NCBI GenBank assembly: GCA_965218785.1
Contig: OZ244650.1
Location: 608,001-672,000 of the forward strand
DNA from: Nitrosopumilus sp.
GTDB lineage: Archaea > Thermoproteota > Nitrososphaeria > Nitrososphaerales > Nitrosopumilaceae
Length of the DNA stretch: 64,000 nucleotides
Direction: 5' to 3'
Positions 1 through 9,081 of this stretch are shown here, piece after piece. Made by a program: the position numbers and the translations under genes. The notes below the pieces were generated by a model. That model was not told where the DNA came from and searched no databases. It saw only the letters and a list, made by a program, of their open reading frames with translations. How positions within the stretch are numbered: position 1 is the first letter of the stretch; every line of letters starts with the position of its first letter.

Positions 1-97
1 AAGAGAATAAACACATTCCTAAGGACTTTTAGTCCTGACTCTGAATGACTGTTTTTGACATCTAACTTAATATAGTGAATAATTGTTGCAAAAACAA

Positions 98-289
98 ATG
101 GAACAAGGTACCGTAAAATGGTTTAACCGTACTAAGGGCTTTGGTTTTATTGAAAGAGAGGGTGGAGACGATCTGTTTGTACATAAGACAGATGTTGACG
201 GATTCATCAACGAAGGCGATAAAGTCGAGTTTGAAGTAGGCGAAGGTAAAAAAGGACCAGCAGCACAAAAAGTCAAAAAATCAGAGTAG
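98..289 (+). CDS. Cold-shock protein (CSD family)
   Basis: GTVKWFN, KGFGFI (RNP1) and DLFVH (RNP2) motifs; ATG at 98. Confidence 0.95.
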   Translation: MEQGTVKWFNRTKGFGFIEREGGDDLFVHKTDVDGFINEGDKVEFEVGEGKKGPAAQKVKKSE

Positions 290-521
290 GCAATGAATTT
301 TTTAATTTAAGAGTTAAATTTTATTATCTTAAATCAGTCTATCTTTTTATTATTTTTATAAATTAAAATTCAAGATTTTCATGTCTCATATTAAATTCTT
401 TAATTCGTACTGCAGATACAAATAGTTGAGATATCCGTTGGGTTCTTTGGTAAAATCGGGGTTTCACTAAACCTTTTATCCAAAACTGACAAGGAATAGA
501 AAAGGAGATGGCTGAGAAGGC

Positions 522-1870
522 GTGCAAAAAATGAGTGCAAAAATAATAATTGTAATCGCAATAGTCGTTTTGGCAATAGTTACCGCAGGAATAGCGTATT
601 CAGTTGGTCTTGATCAGCCGCCCAGGATCAACAGACAGTCTCCCTTTATAGATGTGGCCGTGCCATACGATACAGACTATACAGCAATCATAGATGCTGC
701 TGTTCACACCACCGATACGACCATACCTGAGAGCGTGTCTCAATCAAACAACGCTTTTACCATCGACTTTTACAGGCAGGTATCAAGTGAACTTGATGCT
801 GACTCGAACATATTCTTCTCACCTACAAGCATGTACATGGCATTTTCCCTCCTGTACGAGGGTGCAAAACAAAACACGGCCGAGGAGATACAGCAGGTAT
901 TCGGATTTGAGCCTGATGAAACGATGCGCCATAACGACACGGCACATGCAATATCCTCCATAAACCGTGACGATCCGCATGCCACGCTTGCCATGGCAAA
1001 CGCGCTGTGGCTTGCCGACTGGTTTGAGCCGTATGACTCTTACCTTGATGTCGGGCGCCAGACATATCTTGCTGGCATTAAGACAGTCAGCTTTACTAAA
1101 CCCGTAGAAGAGCCGGAGGTGTCAAGCAGATAAATGACTGGGCATCAGATAACACAAACGGCAAGATTCCAAAGGTCATTGGAAAGGAGAGTGTAGACGG
1201 CGCAACTGCCATGGCAATTACCAATGCAATTTACTTCAAGGGTACGTGGCTGACGCAGTTTGATCCCGAGAATACAAAAGAATCTGACTTTTGGACTAGC
1301 GAATCAAAAAACACCACTGCCAATTTTATGGCAAACAATGCTGTATTTCACTATACAAAGTCACATGGTGCACAGGTGCTCAAGATACCATATGATGGTG
1401 ACAGGCTCTCCATGCTAGTCATTTTACCCGAGGATAGACATGGAATCGATACGCTAGAGAAATCGCTGACACAGGAGATGATAGAGGGATGGCAGCAGAA
1501 CATGCACTCTACAGATGTACTAGTAGAGATGCCAAAGTTCAAGATGAGTACGCATTATGACCTTAAAAAACACCTAAAAAACCTCGGAATAAACGATGTC
1601 TTTGTTCCAGGAACATCAGATCTATCCGGTATTGCATATGTGGGTGACAGGAATCTGTATGTATCTAAAGCCAATCAGGTTGCATTTGTAGATGTAAACG
1701 AGGAGGGAACAGAGGCCGCCGCCGTCACAACCGGCACGCTGAGTATGACAACACTCTCACACCCATCACCACCACGATTCATTGCAGACCACCCATTCAT
1801 ATTCATAATACAGGACGATGAGAGCGGTGCAATCCTGTTCATGGGACGGCTCTCTGATCCCAGTTCCTGA
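522..1870 (+). pseudogene. Serpin with N-terminal membrane anchor, split by a frameshift near 1100-1120
   Basis: ORF1 has SNNAFTIDFY and NIFFSPTS; the -1 frame continues INDWASDNTNGKIPKVI into NAIYFKG, EEGTEAAAVT (hinge), FIADHPFIF and ILFMGR. Confidence 0.85.
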
Positions 1871-2254
1871 TGACATATCTGGAATCTGTCAACGGGAGAT
1901 ATTCAATAACGCAATAAAACGTAATAGGGAAATCATAAACCAGAAAACACTGAAAATACTAAAACCCAATTAAGATAATGCTAAAATGAATACATTAGAA
2001 ATTAACTTTAGCAATTGCGGGAAGATGCAACTTTATGATGAAAACCCGTATTACAAAATAGCCACAAAATATGAAAGAAATCACAAAATAAATTCCCGCA
2101 TTTTTAATCCCATTTCAAATTCATCCTGTGATTTGATCGCATCTCTGAATGCCCGATCTATCTTTAAGATTTTGAATATTGGTTTTTGGATGCTGTCTTT
2201 TTGTGACTGCTTATCTCTCAGATCTGGCATATGGGAGTTGAATTTAATTGTGAA

Positions 2255-2378
2255 TCCCGCGGGGCGGAGTTGAACCACCGACAACCCGGTTTCTGTATGC
2301 CTGATATGCTGCTATTTGATCAGCCATCTAAAGCCAACAACTACAGCCGGAAGCTCTACCAGGCTGAGCTACCACGGG
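2255..2378 (-). tRNA. tRNA-Tyr(GTA) with a 50-nt intron (2291-2340) at position 37/38
   Basis: Reverse complement reads CCCGTGGTAGCTCAGCCTGGTAGAGCTTCCGGCTGTAG-[intron]-ACCGGGTTGTCGGTGGTTCAACTCCGCCCCGCGGGA; C1-G72 pair typical of archaeal tRNA-Tyr. Confidence 0.93.
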
Positions 2379-2485
2379 ACAAGGAAAACAAAGATCCATG
2401 CCATTAAAAAACTATCGTAGGTGCCTTCCCACAGTTGATCGTGGGATTCGTATAAGCATAAATACCTTCAAAAGTTTTTGTAGCT

Positions 2486-3100
2486 TTGATGTCTGAACTA
2501 AAACTCTCCTATTCTGGTTATGTTTGCGCCCCATATCTGCATACGCATGAATCAGTTGAGATAAAAGAGTCCTGGATTAATTCAAAAAATATCGAGAAAT
2601 TATTTTTTGTTACAGGCACGTTTTCTAATGAAAGCAAACCCTACTTTTCTGATTCTACCAACCATTACCTTCTAGCCAAATACAGGGACAGTGAAGAGAT
2701 CTTCAAAGACCTTTCTGTGCATAATCAATGCAAAACATCCTTTGTTTTTAACGTAAAAGACGATCTCTTCCAAAGAGAGGTTGAAGATCAAACCAATTTT
2801 GTCTCAGTATACTATGTCGAATACGGGGAAGATGACGATGATCTGCAAGAAATCGCAAACCTTCTACTAAAAAGAGAAAAGATTGCAAAAGCCGGACTGG
2901 GAAACATGGATACTTTTTGCCTGACTCCCTCAAAATTCACGTTTCCATACTCTGAAAACATCGTAGTCATTGAAGTCGCAAGCGAAAAGAGCCATCAAAG
3001 TGTAAAGAAATATTGCGAGCAAACACGACGTGATGTCAACCGAAAAGGGTTGACAATGACTAACTTGATGAGTCTCTCAATCCTTGATCAACTAAAGTAG
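2486..3100 (+). CDS. Hypothetical protein
   Basis: 204-aa ORF in the core gene block, directly upstream of aIF5A. Confidence 0.75.
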   Translation: MMSELKLSYSGYVCAPYLHTHESVEIKESWINSKNIEKLFFVTGTFSNESKPYFSDSTNHYLLAKYRDSEEIFKDLSVHNQCKTSFVFNVKDDLFQREVEDQTNFVSVYYVEYGEDDDDLQEIANLLLKREKIAKAGLGNMDTFCLTPSKFTFPYSENIVVIEVASEKSHQSVKKYCEQTRRDVNRKGLTMTNLMSLSILDQLK

Positions 3101-3113
3101 AAAAGTTAAATAT
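3101..3113 (+). promoter_or_regulatory. BRE/TATA element of aIF5A (probably leaderless transcript)
   Basis: AAAAGTTAAATAT ending about 22 nt before the ATG at 3135. Confidence 0.5.
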
Positions 3114-3134
3114 TCGACGAAAAACTGTTTTTTC

Positions 3135-3545
3135 ATGAGCAAACCCTCTGATCTTGGTTCTTTGAAAATAGGTTCTTACATTCTGCTGCCACACTCCGAT
3201 CAACCAAGCGGTGAACCATGTAGAATTACAGAATATGATACATCAAAACCAGGAAAGCACGGTGCGGCCAAAGCCCGAATCGTCGGTGAGGGAATATTTG
3301 ATGGACAAAAAAGACCGCACGTGGGACCTGTCAGCATGCAAATCCACATTCCAATGATTAACAAAAAACTAGGCCAGATAATCTCCATAAACGGAGACAC
3401 GGTTCAGGTCATGGACTCTGAAACTTTTGAAACAATTGACGTATCCCTGATTGATGATGAAGTTAAAGGCAAGCTAGAAAATGGTCAAAATGTAGAGTAT
3501 TGGGTTGTAATGGATAAAACTAAAATCATGCGTATTAAGAGCTGA
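3135..3545 (+). CDS. eif5a: Translation factor aIF-5A
   Basis: Hypusine motif SKPGKHGAAKAR. Confidence 0.97.
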   Translation: MSKPSDLGSLKIGSYILLPHSDQPSGEPCRITEYDTSKPGKHGAAKARIVGEGIFDGQKRPHVGPVSMQIHIPMINKKLGQIISINGDTVQVMDSETFETIDVSLIDDEVKGKLENGQNVEYWVVMDKTKIMRIKS

Positions 3546-3549
3546 TATG

Positions 3550-3610
3550 ATGCTGATGATGAATGGAAAAGCCGTCTGATTTTTGATGAGGATTATGAGT
3601 AATGAGGCAT
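3550..3610 (+). ncRNA. Box C/D methylation-guide sRNA, predicted target C34 of tRNA-Met(CAU)
   Basis: C box ATGATGA 3556-62, D' CTGA 3576-79, C' TTGATGA 3583-89, D-like ATGA 3602-05, 12-13 nt guides, terminal stem ATGCT/GGCAT; D guide is complementary to ACUCAUAAUCC. Confidence 0.8.
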
Positions 3611-3660
3611 CTTTTTTCAACAAATTTCAAAGGTTTGTTGAATCAAAATTTTTTTAGATC

Positions 3661-4350
3661 ATGAATCTGGGCTCTCTTTTTTCAGGTGGAAAAGATAGCA
3701 CGTGTGCAATCTATCTGGCACAAAAACAGGGACATGATGTAACATGTCTTCTAAGTGTCTTTACAAAATCCGAAGAAAGTCATTTGCTGCACCATCCAAA
3801 TTTACAATGGACAAAACTACAGTCAGAATCAATGAAAATTCCCCAACTAACCATCGACTCTCATTCTGATGAGACTGATGATGAATTATCACTGCTTGAA
3901 GATTTGATTCAAGATGCCAAGGAACAATTCCATATCGAGGGGCTAGTTCATGGTGGAATTAAAAGCCGATTTCAAAAGGAAAAATTTCAAGCCCTTTGTT
4001 CAAAACTAAATTTGGTGGCAGTCTCCCCATTGTGGGATGCTGATCCAAAACAATACATGAATGATCTGCTTGATTCAAACTTTGATTTTATAATGACGAC
4101 TGTCTCCTCTGATGGTCTGGATGACGCATGGCTTGGCAGAGTCATTTCACGATCTAATCTTGATACCTTGCAATCCCTGTCTGAGAAATTCGGCTTTAAC
4201 CTGGATTTCGAAGGGGGGGAGGCAGAAACGTTTGTGATTGACTGTCCCCTCTTTTCAAATCCGATCAAAATTAACCGTGCCAATAAGACATGGGATGGAT
4301 ATAGAGGAAGGTTTGAAATAGTGGATGCGGAATTGAACTATAATGCTTGA
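3661..4350 (+). CDS. Diphthine--ammonia ligase (Dph6 family PP-loop ATPase)
   Basis: LFSGGKDS PP-loop and EGGEAETFVID motif. Confidence 0.9.
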   Translation: MNLGSLFSGGKDSTCAIYLAQKQGHDVTCLLSVFTKSEESHLLHHPNLQWTKLQSESMKIPQLTIDSHSDETDDELSLLEDLIQDAKEQFHIEGLVHGGIKSRFQKEKFQALCSKLNLVAVSPLWDADPKQYMNDLLDSNFDFIMTTVSSDGLDDAWLGRVISRSNLDTLQSLSEKFGFNLDFEGGEAETFVIDCPLFSNPIKINRANKTWDGYRGRFEIVDAELNYNA

Positions 4351-5668
4351 TGGATTAAAGGACAACCTGGGCGCCGCACTCAAAAAAATTCTCAAATCCT
4401 CGGGCATAGATGAGGATCTTATAAAAGAACTCTCCCGTGATGTTCAAAGGGCACTGATAAATTCTGACGTAGATGTTGAACTGGTTTTGAAGGTTACAGA
4501 CCAACTCACAGAGCGTGCATTAAATGAAACCCCCCCTCCCGGACTGTCACGTAAAAACCATATCGTGAACATACTATATGATGAACTCTCCAAATTAATG
4601 GGAAATGAATCTGATTTTGACTTTAAATCTGGAAAACAAAACAAGATAGTCCTGCTTGGAATCCAGGGAAGTGGTAAAACCACGGTCACATCAAAACTTG
4701 CCAGATTCTTGACAAAACAGGGATATGCAGTCGGGGTCGTAGGTGCTGATACCTATAGACCAGGAGCACTAGTGCAGCTTAAAACCATGTGTGAAAAATC
4801 AAACGTTGAAGTTTATGGTGAAGAAAATAACAAGGATTCGCCTAGTATTGTAAAAAACGGGTTGAAACATTTCGGAGGCCAGCCCTTGGATGTTGTCTTG
4901 ATTGATACTGCCGGCCGTCACAAGGAGGAGCAAGACCTGCTAGAGGAAATGTCTAGAATTAACAAGGCTGCCGAACCGGATCTGGCATTACTTGTAATTG
5001 ATGCGACTATAGGACAGCAGTGCTATAGCCAGGCAGCGGCATTTCATAAAACCATTCCAGTAGGCGGTGTCATCATTACAAAATTGGATAGCTCTGCAAA
5101 GGGCGGAGGCGCACTTGCGGCATCCACTGCTACTGGCGCACAAATAATGTACATTGGTACAGGTGAACGAGTTGATGATTTGGAAAAATTCTCCCCAACC
5201 CGATTTGTTGGACGGCTACTTGGAATGGGCGACATTCAAACAGTACTGGATTTGGCCAAACGACTAGAAGATGAAGGGGATGGCGTACGAATGAAAAGAA
5301 TTTCTAGTGGAAAAATGAGCATGGATGATTTCTTTTATCAGTTAGAAGAGGTTACCAAGGTCGGTTCATTAAAAGGCATTCTTGAGAGCATGCCCGGTCT
5401 CTCAGGAATGGTAAAAGATGATCAGCTAGATCAAATGGAGGGAAGAGTTGAGAAATGGCGCTATATCATTCAGAGTATGACCAAAGATGAAAAAACAGAT
5501 CCTACCCTGATTCGTCAGTCGAGAATCAAAAGAATCGCCCGGGGTTCTGGCTGGCCAGAAGGTGAAGTCAAGGAACTGCTCAAAAATTACACACAATCTA
5601 AGAACATGATGAAGGCTTCAAAGGGGCGTCAGATGCAAGGCACTCTTAGAAAAATGGGCCTGGGATAA
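4343..5668 (+). CDS. srp54: Signal recognition particle 54 kDa protein
   Basis: GIQGSGKTT, DTAGRH, TKLD and Met-rich M domain. Confidence 0.97.
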   Translation: MLDGLKDNLGAALKKILKSSGIDEDLIKELSRDVQRALINSDVDVELVLKVTDQLTERALNETPPPGLSRKNHIVNILYDELSKLMGNESDFDFKSGKQNKIVLLGIQGSGKTTVTSKLARFLTKQGYAVGVVGADTYRPGALVQLKTMCEKSNVEVYGEENNKDSPSIVKNGLKHFGGQPLDVVLIDTAGRHKEEQDLLEEMSRINKAAEPDLALLVIDATIGQQCYSQAAAFHKTIPVGGVIITKLDSSAKGGGALAASTATGAQIMYIGTGERVDDLEKFSPTRFVGRLLGMGDIQTVLDLAKRLEDEGDGVRMKRISSGKMSMDDFFYQLEEVTKVGSLKGILESMPGLSGMVKDDQLDQMEGRVEKWRYIIQSMTKDEKTDPTLIRQSRIKRIARGSGWPEGEVKELLKNYTQSKNMMKASKGRQMQGTLRKMGLG

Positions 5669-5690
5669 TCTCACAGAATTATTTTCTGAC

Positions 5691-6836
5691 ATGTCTGATT
5701 ATCAAGAAATCACCTCCATTACAAATCAGATCCTGCAAAAACACGAATTATGTGATCAGTGTTTGGGCAGATTATTCTCAAAACAACTACACCTTTCATC
5801 CAACAGACTTCTTGGCAAAAAACTCAGGAAAAATCCAAACCTTTCTCAAAAATGCCATATCTGTAAAAATCTATTTGAGAACCTAGGTCATTTTTTAAAA
5901 TTAATGCTTGATGCCTCGTCGGACTATTCTTTTTCATCATTTAGCATTGGCGCAATCATCAAACCGTCCATTGTCGATAGGGATGATTACATCCGTTCAA
6001 AATACAAATTAAGAGGAATTGACGGCATAAAGACGGACATCACAAAAGAATTGGGAAAATTCTTTTCAAGAAAAACAAAAAAGTCAGTTGATTTTTTGGA
6101 TCCTGATCTGACTTTTACCATAAATCTCAAGGACGAATCATGTCAGTTACGTTCAAAATCAATAACCCTTTCTGGACGATATGTCAAAACTTTGAAAGGC
6201 ATGCCACAAAAGCAGAAATCCTGTTTGAACTGTCTTGGAAAGGGATGTCGAGTCTGCAGCTTTCATGGAATCTCGGAATTTGACAGCATTGAAGGAATCA
6301 TCTCCAAATTTCTTTTTGAAAAATTCGGCGGAACCACTGCTAAATTCACATGGATTGGAGGCGAGGATAAATCTAGCCTGGTTTTAGGTAGTGGCAGACC
6401 GTTTTTTGTCAAGATTCAGAATCCACTGGCAAGAAATTTGAGATTATCTTCTAAAAAATTTGATTCACTTAAAATCACCAATCTTAAGACGGTTTTAGAA
6501 TCCCCCAAAAAACCTCTCAAATTTGCCTCGTTAATGGATGTGAAGATATCTGCAGAATCCAAAATTGACTCAAAAAATCTGCAAAAATTAAAGGATCTTC
6601 AGAAACACACAATCGTCGTATATGAAAAATCCGGAAAACGCTCTGAAAAGAAGATCTTTTCTATAAAATACAAAAAGAATTCTGAGCATGCATTTACCAT
6701 GTTTGTCAAAACCGAGGGAGGCCTTCCAATAAGGCGATTTGTAAACGGTGATGACGTATCTCCGAGTGTCTCTAAAGTCCTTGGCATTCCTTGCAAGTGC
6801 CAAGACTTTGATTTTCTCGATATTGAGATAAAATGA
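5691..6836 (+). CDS. pus10: tRNA pseudouridine(54/55) synthase Pus10-like
   Basis: LCDQCLGRLF N-terminus, GGEDKSSLVLGSGRPFF and GGLPIRRF motifs. Confidence 0.85.
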   Translation: MSDYQEITSITNQILQKHELCDQCLGRLFSKQLHLSSNRLLGKKLRKNPNLSQKCHICKNLFENLGHFLKLMLDASSDYSFSSFSIGAIIKPSIVDRDDYIRSKYKLRGIDGIKTDITKELGKFFSRKTKKSVDFLDPDLTFTINLKDESCQLRSKSITLSGRYVKTLKGMPQKQKSCLNCLGKGCRVCSFHGISEFDSIEGIISKFLFEKFGGTTAKFTWIGGEDKSSLVLGSGRPFFVKIQNPLARNLRLSSKKFDSLKITNLKTVLESPKKPLKFASLMDVKISAESKIDSKNLQKLKDLQKHTIVVYEKSGKRSEKKIFSIKYKKNSEHAFTMFVKTEGGLPIRRFVNGDDVSPSVSKVLGIPCKCQDFDFLDIEIK

Positions 6837-6870
6837 TAACAATTAACTAGCACTAAATATCAAAGATAAC

Positions 6871-6963
6871 ATGCCAATTAGAAAAAAAGGTAAACATCAA
6901 AGACACGCTGATCAAAGGGCTCAAACCCGCAAAAAAAAGAAATCCGGAAAACCACGATCTTAA
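6871..6963 (+). CDS. 30-aa highly basic peptide MPIRKKGKHQRHADQRAQTRKKKKSGKPRS
   Basis: ATG 6871 to TAA 6963, AT-rich TATA-like element just upstream, fills the intergenic gap; below the ORF-track cutoff. Confidence 0.6.
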   Translation: MPIRKKGKHQRHADQRAQTRKKKKSGKPRS

Positions 6964-7004
6964 TTAAATCAACCTTTTTACATTCATAATTATCGAGGTA
7001 AATC

Positions 7005-7712
7005 GTGGATCCGCTAATACGCCTCAAGGACGCACACACTAAAGGGCTAATTCCTGACGACGTGTTTGATCTTGCCATGAAACGTTTTCCAATTACTGTT
7101 GATGGGATAAACCGAATTGAGAAGGCATCTGGAATTCAATACCCTGTCGCATACGTTGAACCATCACTGGTACTTTCTTCTCCACACCCAAATTCATATG
7201 AATACGGTATCTTGTTTGCAAGAACGCTTCCTGTGATGTTTGAAGAACAGTTTCAGGTTGTGATTCAGATTTCGGCCCCACTTGTTGCCTATGGACTCAA
7301 GGGGACAATTCATGCAATTCTGGCACATGAATTTTTACATTTTCTAGAATTAATAAGAAAAATCTCAAAAATGGAATTACTATCTGACGAGATTTCCGGC
7401 AATCTATTTGAAAACGTCTACAGTGATGAAACTAGATTGTTTGAACCCCGAGTTGTTTTCAAAGATCGAACTTTGTTAAACCACATTACCAAGAAATTCC
7501 CTGCCGGGTTTCGTGATTACAAGCTTGAAGACAAGGCCGTAAAATTTTGGGCCGACAAAAATCTTCCCAAGACCAACATCGCTTTGGATAGCAACACTGT
7601 AAAACTATCTGCAGAATCCCTTTCTAAAATTAAATTAGATCCTAAATTTATTTCAAAAATTGAAGAGTTGGAAAAAAAGAGTTCAAAAATTCATAAAAAA
7701 AGATTGTACTAG
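7005..7712 (+). CDS. Hypothetical protein with HExxH zinc-metallopeptidase-like motif
   Basis: AILAHEFLH; 235-aa ORF. Confidence 0.7.
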   Translation: MDPLIRLKDAHTKGLIPDDVFDLAMKRFPITVDGINRIEKASGIQYPVAYVEPSLVLSSPHPNSYEYGILFARTLPVMFEEQFQVVIQISAPLVAYGLKGTIHAILAHEFLHFLELIRKISKMELLSDEISGNLFENVYSDETRLFEPRVVFKDRTLLNHITKKFPAGFRDYKLEDKAVKFWADKNLPKTNIALDSNTVKLSAESLSKIKLDPKFISKIEELEKKSSKIHKKRLY

Positions 7713-7725
7713 TTTAATTAATTTG

Positions 7726-7899
7726 TCATTGATTATATTCTGTCAATCCACATTTTCCACAAGTTTGTCTGTCCTTGTGTTTTGACATAAACACGCCTTT
7801 TCCGCATCTTGAACAGTCCTTTCTGTCTCTTGAAATTTTGTCTCCATCAACTTTGTAATATGAATAAACACTTGGGCTAGAGCCTTTCTTGCCTGCCAT
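7726..7899 (-). CDS. rps27ae: 30S ribosomal protein S27ae
   Basis: Manual translation [57 protein letters not shown]; C4 zinc finger; follows rps24e. Confidence 0.95.
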   Translation of the reverse strand: MAGKKGSSPSVYSYYKVDGDKISRDRKDCSRCGKGVFMSKHKDRQTCGKCGLTEYNQ

Positions 7900-8435
7900 T
7901 ATTCAGATTTCGCCTCTTTTTTATCTGGGGTTTCGTCTGCTTTATCCTTTACATCCCCTGCTGGTTTTTCTTCTACAACAGCTTTATCCTTTACATCCCC
8001 TGCTGGTTTTTCTTCTGCAGCAGCGGCATCCCCTGCTGGTTTTTCTTCTACAACAGCTTTATCCTTTACATCCCCTGCTGGTTTTTCTTCTGCAGCAGCG
8101 GCATCCCCTGCTGGTTTTTCTGCAGCCGCAGCGGCCTCTTCTGCAAGTTTAGCTTTGGTTTTTTCCAGTCTTGAGAAGATTGTTGGATCAACGTGTTTTT
8201 TTGCCAACACTTCATCATCATAAACATAGAAAGTACCTGTAATCGTAGGTCTTCCTACATGGGTTTTTAATCCCATTGGAATTACAACCTTGCCATCTAG
8301 TTTGAATTCCTTGGTAATCATATCTACTGCTTCCATCTTTTTGAGCCTGCCTCCCAATCCTGCAAAATTACAAGTTAGCTCCCTTCTAGACAGAAAAGTG
8401 TTATCAACATCTGTAATTGTCTCAATAATGGACAT
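7899..8435 (-). CDS. rps24e: 30S ribosomal protein S24e with repetitive acidic C-terminal extension
   Basis: NTFLSRREL and TGTFYVYDD; adjacent to rps27ae; probable start ATG 8435. Confidence 0.9.
   Translation of the reverse strand: MSIIETITDVDNTFLSRRELTCNFAGLGGRLKKMEAVDMITKEFKLDGKVVIPMGLKTHVGRPTITGTFYVYDDEVLAKKHVDPTIFSRLEKTKAKLAEEAAAAAEKPAGDAAAAEEKPAGDVKDKAVVEEKPAGDAAAAEEKPAGDVKDKAVVEEKPAGDVKDKADETPDKKEAKSE
7936..8125 (-). repeat. Coding tandem repeats (EEKPAGD units) in the S24e tail
   Basis: catcccctgctggtttttc recurs five times, with a duplicated 75-bp block. Confidence 0.9.
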
Positions 8436-8520
8436 ATGTATCCCAAATCCTTTGGGCATTTTATATAAACCTTGATTGAAATTAGCGAAGAAATTTAAGA
8501 AATCCATGTCAAATAACTCC

Positions 8521-9081
8521 ATGGAAAGATACCTGCTTCATTTTAAAAATGAGGGACATGTCCCCAAACACTGCAGAGAACTGGCGTACAAGGCAAGGGA
8601 TCTTGCATCTGGGATGAATATATCAATAAGACTTGCCAGGGTGGCCACCAAATTTATCGAATTTGACGTGGCCTCTAAAAAAGAGGATCTGGATTTACTT
8701 GTTCAAAAACTGTCCCCGATTGGAACCATTGATAACGTCAGACATGTCTTTGAAGAGCATATAGAGAAAGAACAAGGAATCACTGACGGGATATTCTACT
8801 TTAACAATGAACGATTTTGGGAATGTCATGAGGCATTTGAAGGTGTCTGGCTCCAGTGTTATGGACGAGAAAAAGAACTGGTTCAGGGCATTATTCTAGT
8901 TGCAGTTGCGTTTGCCCATAAACAAGAAAATGAAGAAAGCATCGGTATTGGAATGCTGAGCCGGGCTTTAGAAAAATTAGGAACCTCCCCTACCGTATAT
9001 CACTCCATCGATGTTGATAGAATAAGGAAAAAATCCGTTCAAATGCAACAGGCAAACAAGTTGACTAGATTTGAGATTTAA
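8521..9081 (+). CDS. DUF309 domain protein
   Basis: FNNERFWECHEAFEGVW and VQGIILVAVAFAH motifs. Confidence 0.85.
   Translation: MERYLLHFKNEGHVPKHCRELAYKARDLASGMNISIRLARVATKFIEFDVASKKEDLDLLVQKLSPIGTIDNVRHVFEEHIEKEQGITDGIFYFNNERFWECHEAFEGVWLQCYGREKELVQGIILVAVAFAHKQENEESIGIGMLSRALEKLGTSPTVYHSIDVDRIRKKSVQMQQANKLTRFEI

Noticed and set aside
1986-2284. ORFs overlapping the tRNA-Tyr 3' end
   Set aside because: They overlap a clear tRNA and have no recognisable motifs.
8436-8522. Long N-terminal extensions of S24e and DUF309 given in the ORF track
   Set aside because: The two extensions overlap each other across a shared TATA-containing divergent promoter; the downstream ATGs (8435 and 8521) fit better.
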